Positions 25,532 to 35,428 of a stretch of 36,911 nt of DNA are shown piece after piece. The notes below the pieces were generated by a model that was given only the letters and a program-made list of their open reading frames with translations, searched no databases and was not told where the DNA came from. A program made the translations under genes and the position numbers. The stretch lies in assembly GCA_964399615.1 (NCBI GenBank), contig CAYNTE010000001.1, positions 21,305 through 58,215 on the forward strand. The letters are read 5' to 3'. How positions within the stretch are numbered: position 1 is the first letter of the stretch; each line of letters starts with the position of its first letter. Origin of the DNA: an uncultured Thermomicrobiales bacterium (GTDB lineage: Bacteria > Chloroflexota > Chloroflexia > Thermomicrobiales > CFX8).

Positions 25532-28264
25532 TTATTCTCCTCGAATCGCGACCGAAACCTGGAATCCAGAGGGCACTTGCGAGCCAGCATTGGGGCTCTG
25601 CAGCAGAATCTGACCGACATCAACCACCGTAATATCCACACCAGGCGGCAGATCATCCTGCGTCACGAAGAAGACTCCACCAAGCTCCAGACCGCTGTTG
25701 GCGAGCGCGGCGGCCGCCTGATTCTGTGTCATACCGACCAAGTTCGGCACTGTCACCTGCTGGCCAGGCGAGCCCGAGTCGTCATCATCGTCACCGCTCG
25801 TTGGCGTCGGTGTCGACGTCGGCGTTGCGGTCGGGGCAGGTGTGGCCGTTGGGGCCGGCGTCGGAGTCGGAGTCGGGGTCGGCGTGGGTGTCGGCGTCGG
25901 CGTGGGGGTTGGTGTCGGCTCGACAGGGTCGTCCGGCAAACTCACGCCACCGCGCACCTCGGCCGCATAGTTCATCAGTGCCTGTGAGCCGTCGGCAGTG
26001 AACCGGCTCCCATCGGCCGAGAATGCCTGGAGCGCAGCCTGAAGCTCGCGATACTGCCACTCCGTCAGCTGCGAACAATCTGTCGTTGGCCGGGCGCGTT
26101 GATCGACGAGTGCGTCAAATGTCTGATCACCGTCGCTTGGCAAGCCGCCAGTTGCGCTGCAAAGCTGCATCTCGATGATGCCGTCCGGCTGTTCAAATTC
26201 ATCCGGTGCCGCTTGGCCATCTGGCAACACCAGCGCCTGCGAAGGTGTGCCCTCATGGCTGCTCGCCATGATCTCGTGGAAGATCGGCGCGGCGCCTACG
26301 ATACCCTCCAGGTCACGCATCGGGGTGTTGTCGGCATTGCCTACCCAGACACCGAGCACGAGATCAGTCGAATAGCCGACCGTCCAGTTGTCGTACCAGT
26401 CGAAGCTTGTGCCCGCTTTGACCGCGACCGGCTCATCCATGTTCGGGAACTCAAGCACGTTGTCCTCACCATAGCGGCGTTCACGTGCTTCGTCATCGCT
26501 CAGGATGTCGCTGATCAGATAGGCAGTCTCGGGCCGGATCACCTGCTCGCCGTGGTCATAGGCTTCACCGCGAGCATAGGAGTAGATGACGTTGCCGTCC
26601 GCACCGCGAATCTCCAGCACCGTCTGCGGCGGGATATAGCGACCCAGATTCGCAAGTGTCGCGTAAGACGTCGTCAGCTCCAGCGGCGACACCTCGCCCG
26701 CACCCAGCGCCAGGGCAAGCCCGTAGAAGTCGAGTCCGCGCCAGAGTCCAGTCCGGATGCCCATCGCGTGAGCTCGATCGATTGTCTCGGCAATGCCCGC
26801 GTACTCAAGTGCCTTGACTGAGGGGATATTCACCGAGTTACCGAGCGCATTACGCGCGGTGATCACACCGGAGTAGGAGCCACCGGCATTCTCGGGTACA
26901 AACTCCGCCGAGGGTGCGCCCGGCGTCTGGTAGCGCACCGGGTAGTCGAAGATCATCGACGCCGGTCCCCAGCCCTTCTCGAACGCTGATGCGTAAATCA
27001 GGGGCATGAAGGCCGAGCCTGGCTGGCGCTCGGATGTCGCGATGTTAAACTGCCCCGCAATCGCATCGTCCCAGTAATCGGCCGACCCCACCAGCGCCAG
27101 AACCTCGCCGGTACGCGGCTGCATGGCCACCACCGAGCCAGTGTTCGCGCCCTGATCCTGGATCTCGGCCAGGTGTTCGGTGAGCGCGGACTCGGCCTGC
27201 TGCTGGAGATTGAGATCGAGCGTGGTGTAGACGCTCAGTCCACCCCGGTAGACCAGCTCCGCGCCATACTGGTTCTCCAGTTGAGAGATGACGTAGTTGA
27301 CGAAGTGCGGGGCCTGAATCTGGCGGTTCGGGTGCGGCTGAATGATCAGAACCTGCTCCCAAGCATCTTCCGCCTCTTCCTGCGTGATATAGCCGCCCTC
27401 GACCATCTCATCCAGCACATAGCGCTGTCGGGCCTTGGCCGCACCGAGATTCTGCGTCGGGTCATAGGCACTTGGGGCTTGCGGCAGACCAGCCAGCAGC
27501 GATGCCTCCGCCAGCGAGAGTTCTGCTGGTTCCTTATCGAAATAACTGCGCGCAGCCGCCTCAATACCGTAGGCACGGTTGCCGTAGTAGACCGAGTTAA
27601 AGTACAGCTCCAGGATCTCTTCTTTGTCGTACTCCGCCGTGAACTGGACGGCAACGATCGCCTCGCGAATCTTGCGATCCAGGTTCACGTCCGTGCCGAT
27701 CGTGTCGGGGTAGAGCTGGCGCACGAGCTGCTGGGTGATCGTCGATGCTCCGGAACTTCCTTCTCCTGAGAGGTTGATAAAGACGCCCCGCACGATGGCG
27801 AAGGGATCGACGCCGAAGTTGTTCCAGAAGGTGGCGTCCTCGGCAGCCACGGTGGCGTTGACGAGATACATGTTGCTGCCGTTACCGGTGATGTTCTCAA
27901 GTGAGCTGTAGGTGCGGAATCCCGTCTGCGGATCGCTCACCTCATAGAGCAGCTCGCCGTTGCGGTCGTAAATACGTGTTGTCTCGAATTGCCGGGCCTC
28001 GAAACTGCCAATCTCGGGCAGCTCCGCGCTATAGGAATCCCAAATCGCGATACCGACCATGAGCGAGAGCAACGCGACGCCAGTGACCAGCGTTCCGAAG
28101 AAGATCACCGCCAGCGTCAACGTCCGGAAGATCACCCGCTGGCGGTTGCGTGCCCGGCGTTCTCGCGCAGCCAGAATCGCGGCCACCCGGCGCTGTCGAG
28201 ATCCATGAATCCCGCGCATCTGTAGCCATCGTCGCGTTCCAAAGTAGCCGCGGCCGGCTGTCAT
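25532..28264 (-). CDS. Class A penicillin-binding protein (PBP1A-like) with Pro/Thr linker and C-terminal PASTA-like domain
   Basis: TM anchor. Glycosyltransferase motifs [18 protein letters not shown] and [10 protein letters not shown]. Transpeptidase region [17 protein letters not shown]-terminal VTVPNLVGM. Confidence 0.93.
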   Translation of the reverse strand: MTAGRGYFGTRRWLQMRGIHGSRQRRVAAILAARERRARNRQRVIFRTLTLAVIFFGTLVTGVALLSLMVGIAIWDSYSAELPEIGSFEARQFETTRIYDRNGELLYEVSDPQTGFRTYSSLENITGNGSNMYLVNATVAAEDATFWNNFGVDPFAIVRGVFINLSGEGSSGASTITQQLVRQLYPDTIGTDVNLDRKIREAIVAVQFTAEYDKEEILELYFNSVYYGNRAYGIEAAARSYFDKEPAELSLAEASLLAGLPQAPSAYDPTQNLGAAKARQRYVLDEMVEGGYITQEEAEDAWEQVLIIQPHPNRQIQAPHFVNYVISQLENQYGAELVYRGGLSVYTTLDLNLQQQAESALTEHLAEIQDQGANTGSVVAMQPRTGEVLALVGSADYWDDAIAGQFNIATSERQPGSAFMPLIYASAFEKGWGPASMIFDYPVRYQTPGAPSAEFVPENAGGSYSGVITARNALGNSVNIPSVKALEYAGIAETIDRAHAMGIRTGLWRGLDFYGLALALGAGEVSPLELTTSYATLANLGRYIPPQTVLEIRGADGNVIYSYARGEAYDHGEQVIRPETAYLISDILSDDEARERRYGEDNVLEFPNMDEPVAVKAGTSFDWYDNWTVGYSTDLVLGVWVGNADNTPMRDLEGIVGAAPIFHEIMASSHEGTPSQALVLPDGQAAPDEFEQPDGIIEMQLCSATGGLPSDGDQTFDALVDQRARPTTDCSQLTEWQYRELQAALQAFSADGSRFTADGSQALMNYAAEVRGGVSLPDDPVEPTPTPTPTPTPTPTPTPTPTPAPTATPAPTATPTSTPTPTSGDDDDDSGSPGQQVTVPNLVGMTQNQAAAALANSGLELGGVFFVTQDDLPPGVDITVVDVGQILLQSPNAGSQVPSGFQVSVAIRGE
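25798..25918 (-). repeat. Coding Pro-Thr dipeptide repeat in the PBP1A linker
   Basis: 6-nt periodicity encoding [40 protein letters not shown], with varied wobble positions. Confidence 0.9.
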
Positions 28265-28410
28265 AGTCTGCGAGAATGTCCTCTCCGACCTACACGACGG
28301 ATAATCAGCTTCTCACCACTTCGGTACTTCGCCACTGGTGGGACAGCCGTCCCATTCCGTAGTACTATCCGCCAAAGAACGGTGCCAAGCACGCATACGG
28401 AAGCAATGTT

Positions 28411-29499
28411 ATGGATCAGCATCCCGATCGGTCGGCCCTGCGGGAGGCTATGCCGATCTTCTACGCACTGCTACTGGCGATATTCACGGTTGCGCTCGTT
28501 TTCCTGCTCATTCGCCTGGAACACGTGCTGCTGATCCTGTTCATCAGTTTGCTCTTTGCCGCAACCCTGGCCCAACCCGCCGAGGCGCTCACCCGCTTCA
28601 AAATTCCTCGTGGTCTCGCGGTCATCATTATTTACCTGGCCGCGTTCGGCTTCATTGGCCTGCTCGGCTGGCTCGTGCTGCCACCGGTACTGACCGAGCT
28701 GGCGGAGTTCGGCGGCAATCTCCCTGAGTATGCCGAAGAAGTCGAGGCCGCACGTCAGGCCTACGACAGCCTGCGCGAACGATACCCCGGCCTGGCTTCC
28801 TTTGACGCCCAGATCACCCGCATCAGCAGCAGCATCACGACCAGTGTCAGCAGCACCCTGTTGGGACTGCCAACAACGCTCATCCGTGTAGCGTTCGACG
28901 CCTTGAGTATCTTCTTCATTTCGATCATGCTGGTGACGAGCCGGGAACGCATCCTCAATCTCACCCTCTCGGTGATCCACCCCAACCAACGCGATATTTG
29001 GGAGCGTGTACTGACCAAGATGTGGGACCGGCTCGGGCGGTATCTGCGCGCCAAACTCATCGTCATGACCATCTGTGGCATTTTGATGTATATCGCCCTG
29101 ATTATCCTTGGCGTCCAGTTCCCCTTGTTGCTGGCGATCATCGTGGCCTTTGGCGAGACGATCCCCCGCATTGGTGTCTGGTTCGCGCGCGTGCCGCTCT
29201 TCGGCATCGCCGCGCTCGATGGTATCGACAAGGTCATCCAGGTCTACATCGCTTCGATCATCATCGAGAATGCCAAGGGGTATGTCATCTCGCCCTGGGT
29301 CGAGGGTGGGCAGCTCGATATCCATCCGCTGCTGGTGTTCGTCTCGGTGCTGGTTGGCGGCACCTTGCTTGGCGTAGCCGGCGCGTTTGTGGCTGTCCCC
29401 GCCGCCGCAATGATCCAGGTGGTCTTCGAGGAAGTCATTCTGCCGTGGCGCGCAGGGCAATTCACCTCCCGCTGGCAACCCGATGAACCCGTTAGCTAG
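28411..29499 (+). CDS. AI-2E (PerM) family transporter
   Basis: 362 aa, hydrophobic. Motifs TIPRIG, ENAKGYVISP and IHPLLVFVSVLVGGTLLGVAGAFVAVP. Confidence 0.92.
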   Translation: MDQHPDRSALREAMPIFYALLLAIFTVALVFLLIRLEHVLLILFISLLFAATLAQPAEALTRFKIPRGLAVIIIYLAAFGFIGLLGWLVLPPVLTELAEFGGNLPEYAEEVEAARQAYDSLRERYPGLASFDAQITRISSSITTSVSSTLLGLPTTLIRVAFDALSIFFISIMLVTSRERILNLTLSVIHPNQRDIWERVLTKMWDRLGRYLRAKLIVMTICGILMYIALIILGVQFPLLLAIIVAFGETIPRIGVWFARVPLFGIAALDGIDKVIQVYIASIIIENAKGYVISPWVEGGQLDIHPLLVFVSVLVGGTLLGVAGAFVAVPAAAMIQVVFEEVILPWRAGQFTSRWQPDEPVS

Positions 29500-29511
29500 T
29501 AGTGCATCGAA

Positions 29512-30075
29512 ATGCTGAGTTCTCAGTCCGATCAAGCTGAACCCGACAGGCGCAGGGCGCAAAAAGTGCGCATCATCGCCATCCTGACGCTGCTGGCGCT
29601 GCTTGTATCTGGCTGCGTCGTTGGTAGCGAGGCTGAGACACACGCCCCTCCAACGCCATCCACCGCAAACCCGCAACCACCGGTATCGACCGCAATTCCA
29701 GCGCCCTCACCATCATCGACGCCACAGCCGCAGCCAACTGAGGCGAATGCTGAGTCGACAGCCTCACCGACCGTTCCAGCCAGCCCGACGCTTGAGCCAG
29801 CGCCTGCCGAAACAGCAGTGACGCAGCCACCTATCATCGATGCTGTGCTGCAGCGAGCCGTGGAAGAGTTCGGCGTCTCGCCCGATGTCGTCGAGCTGGA
29901 TAGCTTCAGTGAGCGCTTCTGGTCGTCAACAGCGCTTGGCTGTCCAATGCCTGGCCGGTCCTACGCCCAGGTCATCGTCCCGGGCTTCAAAGTGACCGTC
30001 ACTGTCGAAGGACGACCCGTGATCTATCACACCGGCAACCAGCACATCGTTCGCTGCGACGATTCAGCGAACTGA
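29512..30075 (+). CDS. Hypothetical lipoprotein with Pro/Thr linker and Cys-containing C-terminal domain
   Basis: VSGC lipobox, low-complexity linker, and WSSTALGCPMPGRSYAQVIVPG...YHT...RC. Start could be GTG 29566. Confidence 0.75.
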   Translation: MLSSQSDQAEPDRRRAQKVRIIAILTLLALLVSGCVVGSEAETHAPPTPSTANPQPPVSTAIPAPSPSSTPQPQPTEANAESTASPTVPASPTLEPAPAETAVTQPPIIDAVLQRAVEEFGVSPDVVELDSFSERFWSSTALGCPMPGRSYAQVIVPGFKVTVTVEGRPVIYHTGNQHIVRCDDSAN

Positions 30076-30105
30076 TCGCATTTGACTGACTGAAGGGTGG
30101 AGATA

Positions 30106-31134
30106 ATGCACAGCGATGAAGGTCAGCGTATCCGTGGCACCGAGGCGTATTACCACGTCGTACTCGAACGAATCCCTCCCCGGCCCGAGCCACCATTCGA
30201 GGACCCAGCCATGCAGGAGCGGGTCTGGGGACGGGTTTGGGGCTGCGCCAACGACGTCGGCGCACTCAGGATGGTCGCGTTGCACCGGCCCGGCAAAGAG
30301 ATGGAGACCATCGATCCAGACAAGTACGACGACTCGATCGAGGCGCTCATCGACGACCGGGAGCAGTGGTACTGGCGCGACGAAACGCCGCCAGACATTG
30401 CGCTCATGCAGCGCCAGCACGATGGCCTGCGAGATGCGCTCGAGAACGAAGGCGTCGAGATCGTCGAGGTTGGTGGATCAGACGGTGACGTCAAAGCAGT
30501 CTTCACTCGTGATATGGCCATCGCCATCGACGGTGGTGCGATCATCTGCCGGATGGGTCCGGTCGGTGTGGATTACGGCTTCGGGCGACGGGGAGAAGAG
30601 GCGTACATCACCCGTGTCTTGGCCGGGCTGGGGATGCCGATTATCCGGACGATCACCGGCCGCGGTCTGCTCGAGGGCGGCAGCTTTTGCATGCTCAACG
30701 AAACGACCGCGGCAGTCGGTCTCTCATATCGTCAGAACGAAGAAGGTGCCAGGCAGCTGGAAGAAGCGCTGGCGGTATCAGGCGTCAGGCTGATTCGGGT
30801 GCCACTCACGGGCCACGCGCTGCATATCGACGGTGCGATCGTCATGGTCGATCACGATGTCGCCCTAATCAACATGACGAGATTGCCCTACTGGTTCCTC
30901 GATGAATTGAGCGATCTGGGGATCCGGCCCGTCCATGTCTGGCCAGATGAAGGCCATGCCGTCAATTCACTCGCGCTACGCCCCGGCAAGATTCTGATCT
31001 CCGAAGGCTGCCCACGGACGGTGGAGCGGCTGGCGGAAGCAGGGGTCGAGGCGATTGAGATCCCGTACAGCGAGATTCGCAAGAACGGCGGCGGGATTCA
31101 CTGCTCGACATTGCCGTTGATCCGCGACCGCTAG
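30106..31134 (+). CDS. Pentein-superfamily amidinotransferase / dimethylarginine dimethylaminohydrolase-like enzyme
   Basis: FTRD, LEGG, HID and GGGIHCST motifs give a Cys-His-Asp/Glu set. ATG 30106 preferred over GTG 30097. Confidence 0.9.
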   Translation: MHSDEGQRIRGTEAYYHVVLERIPPRPEPPFEDPAMQERVWGRVWGCANDVGALRMVALHRPGKEMETIDPDKYDDSIEALIDDREQWYWRDETPPDIALMQRQHDGLRDALENEGVEIVEVGGSDGDVKAVFTRDMAIAIDGGAIICRMGPVGVDYGFGRRGEEAYITRVLAGLGMPIIRTITGRGLLEGGSFCMLNETTAAVGLSYRQNEEGARQLEEALAVSGVRLIRVPLTGHALHIDGAIVMVDHDVALINMTRLPYWFLDELSDLGIRPVHVWPDEGHAVNSLALRPGKILISEGCPRTVERLAEAGVEAIEIPYSEIRKNGGGIHCSTLPLIRDR

Positions 31135-31415
31135 CCGTTGGCCCATCCGGTTGCGCGAGGGCTTCCTGAAGGTTCTGGATTTGGCAACAGCTCGATGCGG
31201 GTCGATCCAACGAGGGGCATCGAGCCTGGCTCCCGCCGCACCAGCAGGATCGCGGCAATCAGGATACCGATGGCCGTGCCGAGCGAGAGCCCTGTCACAA
31301 ATGAGAGGCCAAGCTGGTCAGGCTGGGGTTGCCTGGTAGCTGGAAGATCCTGGGAAATCAGATCTCGCGCGCGTTGCACAGCTCGCTCACGTCTGGATAA
31401 ACGCCGCCGGAACAT
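31131..31415 (-). CDS. Hypothetical single-TM membrane protein
   Basis: 94 aa with a Gly-rich TM helix (FVTGLSLGTAIGILIAAILL). Starts 3 bp after the preceding gene's stop. Confidence 0.65.
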   Translation of the reverse strand: MFRRRLSRRERAVQRARDLISQDLPATRQPQPDQLGLSFVTGLSLGTAIGILIAAILLVRREPGSMPLVGSTRIELLPNPEPSGSPRATGWANG

Positions 31416-31418
31416 CCG

Positions 31419-31922
31419 TTACGAGCCACCTTTCGCGCTGTTCTTCGACGACTTCTTGCCGGAGGGTTTCGTGACAAACATGGTGGCCGTCTTCCGCAAG
31501 CGTGTGAAGGTGCCGAGCGTCGAGATGACCGGCGTCACGACCGTTTCGGAGACGAATTCGCCGGTGCCACGCGCACGCTTGGCGGTGGCGGTGACCTCGG
31601 TGGTCGTGTCGCGAACGTTGAGCAGGATCTCTTCGAGTGTCGGCACGACGCGATTCTTGATCTGGAATCCGATCCAGACCAGCACGCCAACACCGACACC
31701 AACGATCAGGACAAAGATAATCCAGAGCAATCCAATGAAGACGACGGTGACATCGCGCAGCTTCTCGAGCGCCGATGACTCAGAATCACCCAGGAGATAG
31801 AGAACGACAGGTATCCCAATGCCGAGGAGAAGAACCAGGACGCCGATACCAATCATCGTGAGCGTGCGTTGCGCACCACCTTGACTCGTATGCTCATTTT
31901 CATCCAGGCGGGGTTGTTCCAA
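31419..31922 (-). CDS. Hypothetical membrane protein with two TM helices and a helical tail (loosely DUF948-like)
   Basis: TTG at 31922 behind GGAAGGGAG (the track gives 32003). LRD..IGL TM segment, then PTLEEILLNVRDTT...GTGEFVSETVVTPVI. Confidence 0.75.
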   Translation of the reverse strand: MEQPRLDENEHTSQGGAQRTLTMIGIGVLVLLLGIGIPVVLYLLGDSESSALEKLRDVTVVFIGLLWIIFVLIVGVGVGVLVWIGFQIKNRVVPTLEEILLNVRDTTTEVTATAKRARGTGEFVSETVVTPVISTLGTFTRLRKTATMFVTKPSGKKSSKNSAKGGS

Positions 31923-31999
31923 ACCGAACTCCCTTCCGGAAACGGTACGTTTCAATCCACTTTGGCCTCGATTGTCGCACAAACGCGGCCGAAACGTAG

Positions 32000-32272
32000 T
32001 CAATCAGCAGCGCGACGCGCATATGGCTCGCTGAAGAACCAGGCCAGAGCCAGGCAGACAAAAGAGCCAGCCGTAGCTGCCAGCAACGGGATGCTCCCGA
32101 CCTTCAACCAGTCAAGATCGAGTCCAACGCCAAGCACGATGCCGCCGAAGAAGCCAAGCAGCGCAACGCCCCAGAAGAGCGGCCATTGCCACAATCTGCG
32201 GCCAAAACACGCATGAAATGCACAGCCGTAGAGTGTTGCGATGAGCAGGCTGATCAGGATCGGCGGAGTCAT
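32000..32272 (-). CDS. Small hypothetical 3-TM membrane protein
   Basis: 90 aa, hydrophobic. GGGAGAG RBS. Starts 16 bp after the mnmA stop. Confidence 0.75.
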   Translation of the reverse strand: MTPPILISLLIATLYGCAFHACFGRRLWQWPLFWGVALLGFFGGIVLGVGLDLDWLKVGSIPLLAATAGSFVCLALAWFFSEPYARRAAD

Positions 32273-32288
32273 CAGTCTCTCCCGCCGG

Positions 32289-33518
32289 TCATGCGCTGAT
32301 TGCTCGCAGCTCTAGCGCGGTGTTGGAGTGTTCGATGATGCCGCCACCCAGAACCTCGGAGCCGTTGTAGAAGACGACGGACTGCCCCGGCGCGACGGCA
32401 TAGGGTGCATCCTCGAAGAACACCTCGACCGACCCCGGCTCACCCGGCACGATCTGGGCATGATGACGGGTGCCCTGATAGCGGACGCTCGTCTCACACT
32501 CGAAGGGCTCGGAGGGCCACTCGCCACTGGTGAATGAGACCCGGCCAGCATCCAGCCGCACGAACTCCAGCTGATCGCGCGTGCCGACGACGAGCCGGTT
32601 GTGGCGCGTGTCGATCCGAACGACATAGAGCGGCTCGCTGTGGGCAATGCCGATGCCCTTGCGCTGGCCAACGGTGAACGGCAACAGCCCCTGGTGCTCG
32701 CCGATAATCTCACCATCGACGGTGACGATATCTCCGGGTGTATTAACCCCGGGACGGCGCTTCAGGACGAAATCCGCGTACGCGCCACGGCCCACAAAGC
32801 ACGTCTCCTGGCTGTCTGGCTTGCTGGCGACGTTGAGGCCGAAGCGTTCAGCGATCTCCCGCACCTCCCACTTGTGCAGACGTCCCAGCGGCAGCATCAG
32901 ATACTGCAGCTGCTCCTGCGTCATGGTGTGCAACACGTAGGACTGGTCCTTCGTCTCATCGACGGCCTCGTAGAGCCGGCAGAAACCATCTGCATCACGC
33001 TCGATGCGTGCATAGTGGCCGGTCGCCAGGTAATCGGCTCCAAGGAACTTGGCCTTGTCGATCAGGTTCTTGAACTTGACGTGCCGGTTGCACTCCAAGC
33101 ATGGGTTCGGCGTGCGACCGCGTGCGTACTCATCCACGAAATAGTCAATGACGTTGCGCTGGAACTCCTTCTCCAGGTTGATCGGGTAGAAGGGAATGCC
33201 GATGCGCTGGCTGGCGATGCGGGCATCCTCCAGCGCCTCCGGAGCACAACACGGATTGGGATATTCCTCACCCTCTGGTGGAGTGTAGAGCCGCATGTTC
33301 ATGCCGACGACCCGGTAGCCTCGCTCGCGCAGCAGCAGAGCCGTGACTGCCGAATCGACGCCACCGCTCATTGCCGCCACCACGAGCCGGCCATTGCCGT
33401 CGGCTGGCCCGACATCGTAATCGGCCAATAATTGAGCTGATTCCTCGGTGCCCAGACGGGGCAGCGGAGTAATTGAAATATCTGAATGTGGGTCAGCGTG
33501 CGCAATTGCGTGAGTCAT
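32289..33518 (-). CDS. mnmA: tRNA-specific 2-thiouridylase
   Basis: AMSGGVDS PP-loop, PCC, TPNPCLECNRHVKF, ATGHYA, KDQSY, DSQETCF, TVGQRKG and PGQ. The CC/CxxC/C pattern fits the Cys-rich Fe-S type. Start set at ATG 33518 (GGAG RBS). Confidence 0.97.
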   Translation of the reverse strand: MTHAIAHADPHSDISITPLPRLGTEESAQLLADYDVGPADGNGRLVVAAMSGGVDSAVTALLLRERGYRVVGMNMRLYTPPEGEEYPNPCCAPEALEDARIASQRIGIPFYPINLEKEFQRNVIDYFVDEYARGRTPNPCLECNRHVKFKNLIDKAKFLGADYLATGHYARIERDADGFCRLYEAVDETKDQSYVLHTMTQEQLQYLMLPLGRLHKWEVREIAERFGLNVASKPDSQETCFVGRGAYADFVLKRRPGVNTPGDIVTVDGEIIGEHQGLLPFTVGQRKGIGIAHSEPLYVVRIDTRHNRLVVGTRDQLEFVRLDAGRVSFTSGEWPSEPFECETSVRYQGTRHHAQIVPGEPGSVEVFFEDAPYAVAPGQSVVFYNGSEVLGGGIIEHSNTALELRAISA

Positions 33519-33690
33519 GATCTCCAGTGTCTCTTCGTCGTGCAATGTCGATAGCAACGTTGGAACGGGCCAGCTGGCCCGCATCATGATTGTACTAGCG
33601 ACACCCAATCAGACACCGTAGTTGGAACAACTCGGGCTAGACTATCCCAAACGGATCAGCAACCGCCATCACCATGAAGGAGCAGGCTAC

Positions 33691-33894
33691 ATGGCTTCTC
33701 AGGATCAGTACATCGAAGCGTTGCTCACACAGGCTGAGTTCGGCGCCGGTCGTGAGCTGCAGGAGGACGAGCGGGATCGCCTGCGGCGCATGATCAGCGA
33801 CCGGCTGAAGCAAGTTGAAACGCTCCAGAAATTTCCACTGACCAATGCCGACGAGCCGTTCTCGGTATTCAAGGCCTATCGAGAAGAAGGGTAA
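33691..33894 (+). CDS. Small helical protein, putative amidase partner subunit (GatC/AtzG-like)
   Basis: 67 aa from ATG 33691 with GAAGGAG RBS. Ends LTNADEPFSVF, 4 bp before the amidase start. Confidence 0.75.
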   Translation: MASQDQYIEALLTQAEFGAGRELQEDERDRLRRMISDRLKQVETLQKFPLTNADEPFSVFKAYREEG

Positions 33895-33898
33895 AACC

Positions 33899-35287
33899 GT
33901 GACAGAGCTGCATTTCAAAAGTGTCGCCGAACTCGACCGCATGATTCGGGCTGGCGAAACGAGTCCGACTGAGCTGACCAAGCTCTTCCTCGAACGGCTC
34001 GACAGCGTGGCGCGCAAGCTCAACGCCGTCGTCACCATCACCGAAGAGCGAGCACTGCGAGAGGCCGCACACGCCGAGGCGGAGTTGCGATCCGGACTCG
34101 ACCGTGGCCCGCTCCACGGCATCCCCTACGGCGCGAAGGACCTGCTGGCCGCAGCCGGATATCCAACAACCTGGGGGACAGCGCCCTATCGCGACCAAGT
34201 CTTTGATTACGACGCAGAAGTCATCACCCGCCTGCGCGATGCCGGCGCAGTGCTGGTCGCCAAGCTCGCGATGATCGAACTGGCCGGGGGCGCCGGCTAC
34301 GAGCAACCAAACGCCAGCTTCACTGGGCCGTGCATGACGCCGTGGAATACCGGTGCCTGGGCGGGCGGATCTTCGAGTGGTAGCGGTGCTGCTGTCGCCG
34401 CCGGTGCTGTGCCATTCGCGATCGGCTCCGAGACGCAGGGCTCGATCTTCTCCCCAGCCAGCTACTGTGGACTCTCTGGTCTGCGACCCACCTACGGGAG
34501 GGTTAGCCGCCGCGGTGCAATGGCGCTCTCCTGGACGATGGACAAGCTCGGACCGCTGGCGCGCACAGCCGAGGATTGCGGGTTGATCCTCAACGCCATC
34601 GCGGGCCGCGACGAGAACGACCCCAGCTCGCTACGCGATAGCTATCAGTACCCACCACGCAATGAGCCGCGACGACCATTCAGAATCGGCGTTCTCGAGA
34701 GTGAAGCGGTCGAGCTCCATCCAGAGGTCGAGACAAACTTCCGGCGCTCACTGGGCGTCATGGAAGACTTCGCCACGCTGGAGACTGTCGAGCTACCCGA
34801 TATGCCCTACTCCGAGTCGGCAGCGCTCGTCATTCGGAGCGAGATGGCTGCCGCCTTTGAAGATCTGCTGCGTTCGGGCCGCGTCGCCGAGCTCAGCGCG
34901 CCGGAGGACCGCGTCAACGCCCTGGCGGCACTGGCTGTGCCCGCCGTTGATTACCTGCGCGCCCTGCGAGTGCGCAAGCACGCATGCGCCGCACTGGACG
35001 AGCTCTTTAGCCAGTACGACGCCGTGGTCGCCCCAACCACACCCACAGTCGCGCCACCGATCGACGGGCGCTTCGATGCGTTCTTCTCCTCACGGCGACG
35101 GCGAAAACTGCTTGCGGCGGCGAATCTCGCTGGCTTGCCAGGGATTGCGATACCCGACGGATTTGGCGAGCGTGGATTGCCGACATCGATCAGCATCACG
35201 TCGCGGGTGAAGGAGGAAAATCGAGCCATCGCCATAGCAAACAGCTTCCAGGAGCGCACCGACTGGCACACCCGGACACCCGCCTGA
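33899..35287 (+). CDS. Amidase signature family enzyme
   Basis: GPLHGIPYGAKD, GGSSSGS and GSETQGSI supply the Lys-Ser-Ser triad; also GLRPTYGRVSR. GTG 33899 preferred over 33845. Confidence 0.93.
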   Translation: MTELHFKSVAELDRMIRAGETSPTELTKLFLERLDSVARKLNAVVTITEERALREAAHAEAELRSGLDRGPLHGIPYGAKDLLAAAGYPTTWGTAPYRDQVFDYDAEVITRLRDAGAVLVAKLAMIELAGGAGYEQPNASFTGPCMTPWNTGAWAGGSSSGSGAAVAAGAVPFAIGSETQGSIFSPASYCGLSGLRPTYGRVSRRGAMALSWTMDKLGPLARTAEDCGLILNAIAGRDENDPSSLRDSYQYPPRNEPRRPFRIGVLESEAVELHPEVETNFRRSLGVMEDFATLETVELPDMPYSESAALVIRSEMAAAFEDLLRSGRVAELSAPEDRVNALAALAVPAVDYLRALRVRKHACAALDELFSQYDAVVAPTTPTVAPPIDGRFDAFFSSRRRRKLLAAANLAGLPGIAIPDGFGERGLPTSISITSRVKEENRAIAIANSFQERTDWHTRTPA

Positions 35288-35428
35288 GCGAGGCGTGACG
35301 AAGCAGCGGCAAGTTCGATTGTTGAGAGCGGCGTCCGATCTGGTGCCAAAACAGTGACTGACTGGCAAAGCATCGCGACTGGTACGTACACTTACAGGGC
35401 GTCATGACGTCGCATCCAACGGAAGGCT

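Noticed and set aside
33691-35287. gatC-gatA assignment
   Set aside because: No gatB adjacent, and the GatA-typical DEFAMGS and SDTGGSIRQPA motifs are not present.
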